DNA of 32,000 nucleotides from Okeania sp. (GTDB lineage Bacteria; Cyanobacteriota; Cyanobacteriia; Cyanobacteriales; Microcoleaceae): NCBI RefSeq assembly GCF_035285525.1, contig NZ_JAYKGW010000141.1, positions 1 to 32,000 of the forward strand, read 5' to 3'. Shown piece by piece: positions 28,776 to 32,000 of this stretch (position 1 is its first letter; each line of letters starts with the position of its first letter). The notes under the pieces were generated by a model. It saw only the letters and a program-made list of their open reading frames with translations, ran no database searches and was not told where the DNA came from. The position numbers and the translations under genes were made by a program.

Positions 28776-29813
28776 ATGCCTGAAATCCCCCAGTTTCCCG
28801 AAGCTCTTGCTGAGGCCCTCAATAATTTCCCAGAGCTAGATTTAGACTTACCCGACCCAGAAGATGAAGAAATTCCTGACTCTGAGTTTGAAAGTGTAGT
28901 CGATACAGCATGGAAAGTTTGCGATCGCTTTGACCTCCAGACCGAAATTTGGCGAGGCCAGATCCTAAAAATTATTAGAGACCGAGAAAAAAAAGGAGGC
29001 GAGGGAAGGGGTACGGGATTCCTAAATTGGCTCAAGGAGAGAGAAATTAGTAAAAGCCAAGCTTATGCTTTAATAGAATTGGCCAATAGTGCTGATACTT
29101 TAATAGATAAAGGACATTTAGACCCCGACTCCATTAATAACTTTAGTAAAAGAGCCTTTGTCGAAACGGCCAAATCTCCAGAAGAAGTCCAACAAATGGT
29201 AACAGATGCAGCCAAAAAAGGCGATCGCATCACTAGACGAGAAGTCAAGCAACTAGCAGACGAATGGACTGCCGTTAGTTCGGATTTACTGCCAGAGGAA
29301 ATTCGAGCCAAAGCTACCTCTGGTGCGATGCCACCCCGTCATTTAGCTCCCCTAGTCCGGGAAATGGAAAAGTTACCAGAATCCCATGTCAGCGTCATTC
29401 AAGAGGAAATAGTCCAAAATCCAGAATTAGATACAATCAAACAGCTAACCTCAGATGCGCGTAACCTATCCAAGTATCTTGACGCTGCAGCCAAAGTCCA
29501 AGCATTGAATGAATCATCATTAGATATGGAAATGGTATTAGAAGAAGCTCTCAGATTAGAATGTTTGAATGTAGTTGCTGATTTGGTAAAGCAATCTGCT
29601 CAACTAGAGACAACAATAGCCAAACTTTATAGTAGCTGGAAGCGTGTAGGTAATTTATCAGAACGATTATTTGTGGATACTGGAGCTAGCACACCTCATC
29701 TCCGACATTTATTAGGGTGTCTGGACAAACTATCAAATAATGTGATTGAAATGAGTTTAAATGACCTCAATAACCAAACAGTTCGTCTACAAATACTCTC
29801 GGATGCTGATTAA
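28776..29813 (+). CDS. hypothetical protein (345 aa), acidic N-terminus, possible HTH-containing (DUF3102-like) region
   Basis: Long ORF containing two HIP1 sites. The segment EIWRGQILKIIRDREKKGGEGRGTGFLNWLKEREISKSQAYALIELA loosely resembles phage/plasmid DUF3102-type proteins, but this is weak and from memory. Confidence 0.7.
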   Translation: MPEIPQFPEALAEALNNFPELDLDLPDPEDEEIPDSEFESVVDTAWKVCDRFDLQTEIWRGQILKIIRDREKKGGEGRGTGFLNWLKEREISKSQAYALIELANSADTLIDKGHLDPDSINNFSKRAFVETAKSPEEVQQMVTDAAKKGDRITRREVKQLADEWTAVSSDLLPEEIRAKATSGAMPPRHLAPLVREMEKLPESHVSVIQEEIVQNPELDTIKQLTSDARNLSKYLDAAAKVQALNESSLDMEMVLEEALRLECLNVVADLVKQSAQLETTIAKLYSSWKRVGNLSERLFVDTGASTPHLRHLLGCLDKLSNNVIEMSLNDLNNQTVRLQILSDAD

Positions 29814-29993
29814 TACAAAATGCGATCAGACTCAGAAACCCGGTTTCTTTTAGGTATTTTCCCAGATCGATAGATAAGAAACCGGGTTTCTTTTGGGTAT
29901 TTTTAGTGCGAGCATCTTGCTCGCCGACTCATGATTACAGCAGTTTTCAGATTGATCAACCACATCTTCATAACCAGTCAGGAGACAGGAGTT

Positions 29994-30255
29994 ATATCAT
30001 GTCCGGATAATCAGTTATAAAAAAAGTTTTTGTTTGTGTAGAACTTCATTAACTAGCTGCTGTAGAGGCTTGGTCTCCAAACCAAAGCATATAAGGGGTT
30101 TGGAGACCAAACCCCTACTACAGACTTTGATTATTAGGACTTACACATAGACGCTATCTGTAGGTTGCGTTACGAGATACGCTAACGCACCAAGACTCTA
30201 TATATAGTGCCTCCCGTGTAAGTCCTGATTATAACTATTCAACCGGACATGATAT
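29994..30255. mobile_element. 262-bp composite MITE with 13-bp perfect inverted termini, flanked by a 12-bp direct repeat
   Basis: ATATCATGTCCGG at 29994-30006 and CCGGACATGATAT at 30243-30255. AGGAGACAGGAG at 29980-29991 and 30257-30268. It encloses a GGTCTCCAAACC hairpin repeat (30066-30120) and the MITE at 30136-30226. Confidence 0.6.
30136..30226. mobile_element. MITE-like element (AGGACTTAC... family), nested
   Basis: Termini aggacttacaca / cgtgtaagtcct. Confidence 0.6.
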
Positions 30256-30318
30256 TAGGAGACAGGAGGAGTAGTGCGAGCATCTTGCTCACACGAGTTA
30301 GATGTTCACGCGATTATG

Positions 30319-30374
30319 CTCCCCCACTCCCCCACTCCCCCACTCCTCAACTCCTCCACTCCTCCACTCCCCAG
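30319..30374 (+). repeat. octanucleotide tandem repeat (CTCCCCCA/CTCCTCCA x7)
   Basis: Units counted at 30319, 30327, 30335, 30343, 30351, 30359 and 30367. The repeat is G-rich on the minus strand, about 90-145 nt downstream of the rpoC2 stop. Confidence 0.95.
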
Positions 30375-30463
30375 CTAATTTTATAGATCCGGTTAGAGGT
30401 TCTATACTCCAGAGGTTTGAGTAACAGAAGCCAGAACTTACCGATCATATTTAATTTCCATTC

Positions 30464-32000
<1,537 letters not shown>

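Noticed and set aside
29836-29897. Two AGAAACC(C)GGTTTCTTTT units after the 345-aa gene, considered as tandem terminators
   Set aside because: The stems are very short (about 5 bp around a 3-nt loop), and the motif is a generic dispersed repeat also seen at 2475, 4886 and 6461. This is too weak to annotate as a terminator.

Overview
This is a chromosomal segment of a filamentous, Nostocales-type cyanobacterium. Supporting signs are at least 12 perfect HIP1 octamers (GCGATCGC), a split rpoC2, a cyanobacterial Omp85 and many short tandem and MITE-like hairpin repeats. Housekeeping genes (purC, an Omp85/BamA-type gene, surE, the 3' part of rpoC2) alternate with accessory material. The accessory material includes a sensor-less STAND NTPase, a frameshifted DUF4347/FG-GAP/RTX gene, and a decaying tandem array of small signal-peptide genes with a conserved three-half-site palindrome. 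There is also a visibly AT-richer block of about 13 kb (15.1-28.4 kb). That block holds a RelE/ParE-like + UvrD-type SF1 helicase + long TPR fusion protein and a minus-strand four-gene operon. The operon encodes a 182-aa unknown, a Zn-ribbon + PD-(D/E)xK nuclease, a 1151-aa SF2 helicase and a 990-aa protein. This architecture matches the computationally predicted, experimentally little-explored pPIWI-RE (Argonaute-related) three-gene defence island. Here it carries an extra upstream gene and a 480-bp internal direct-repeat array, and it is bracketed by two direct ~100-bp MITE copies. No transposase, integrase, tRNA, rRNA or CRISPR array was seen. All functional calls come from reading motifs in the supplied translations and the raw sequence. 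No database or profile search was possible.
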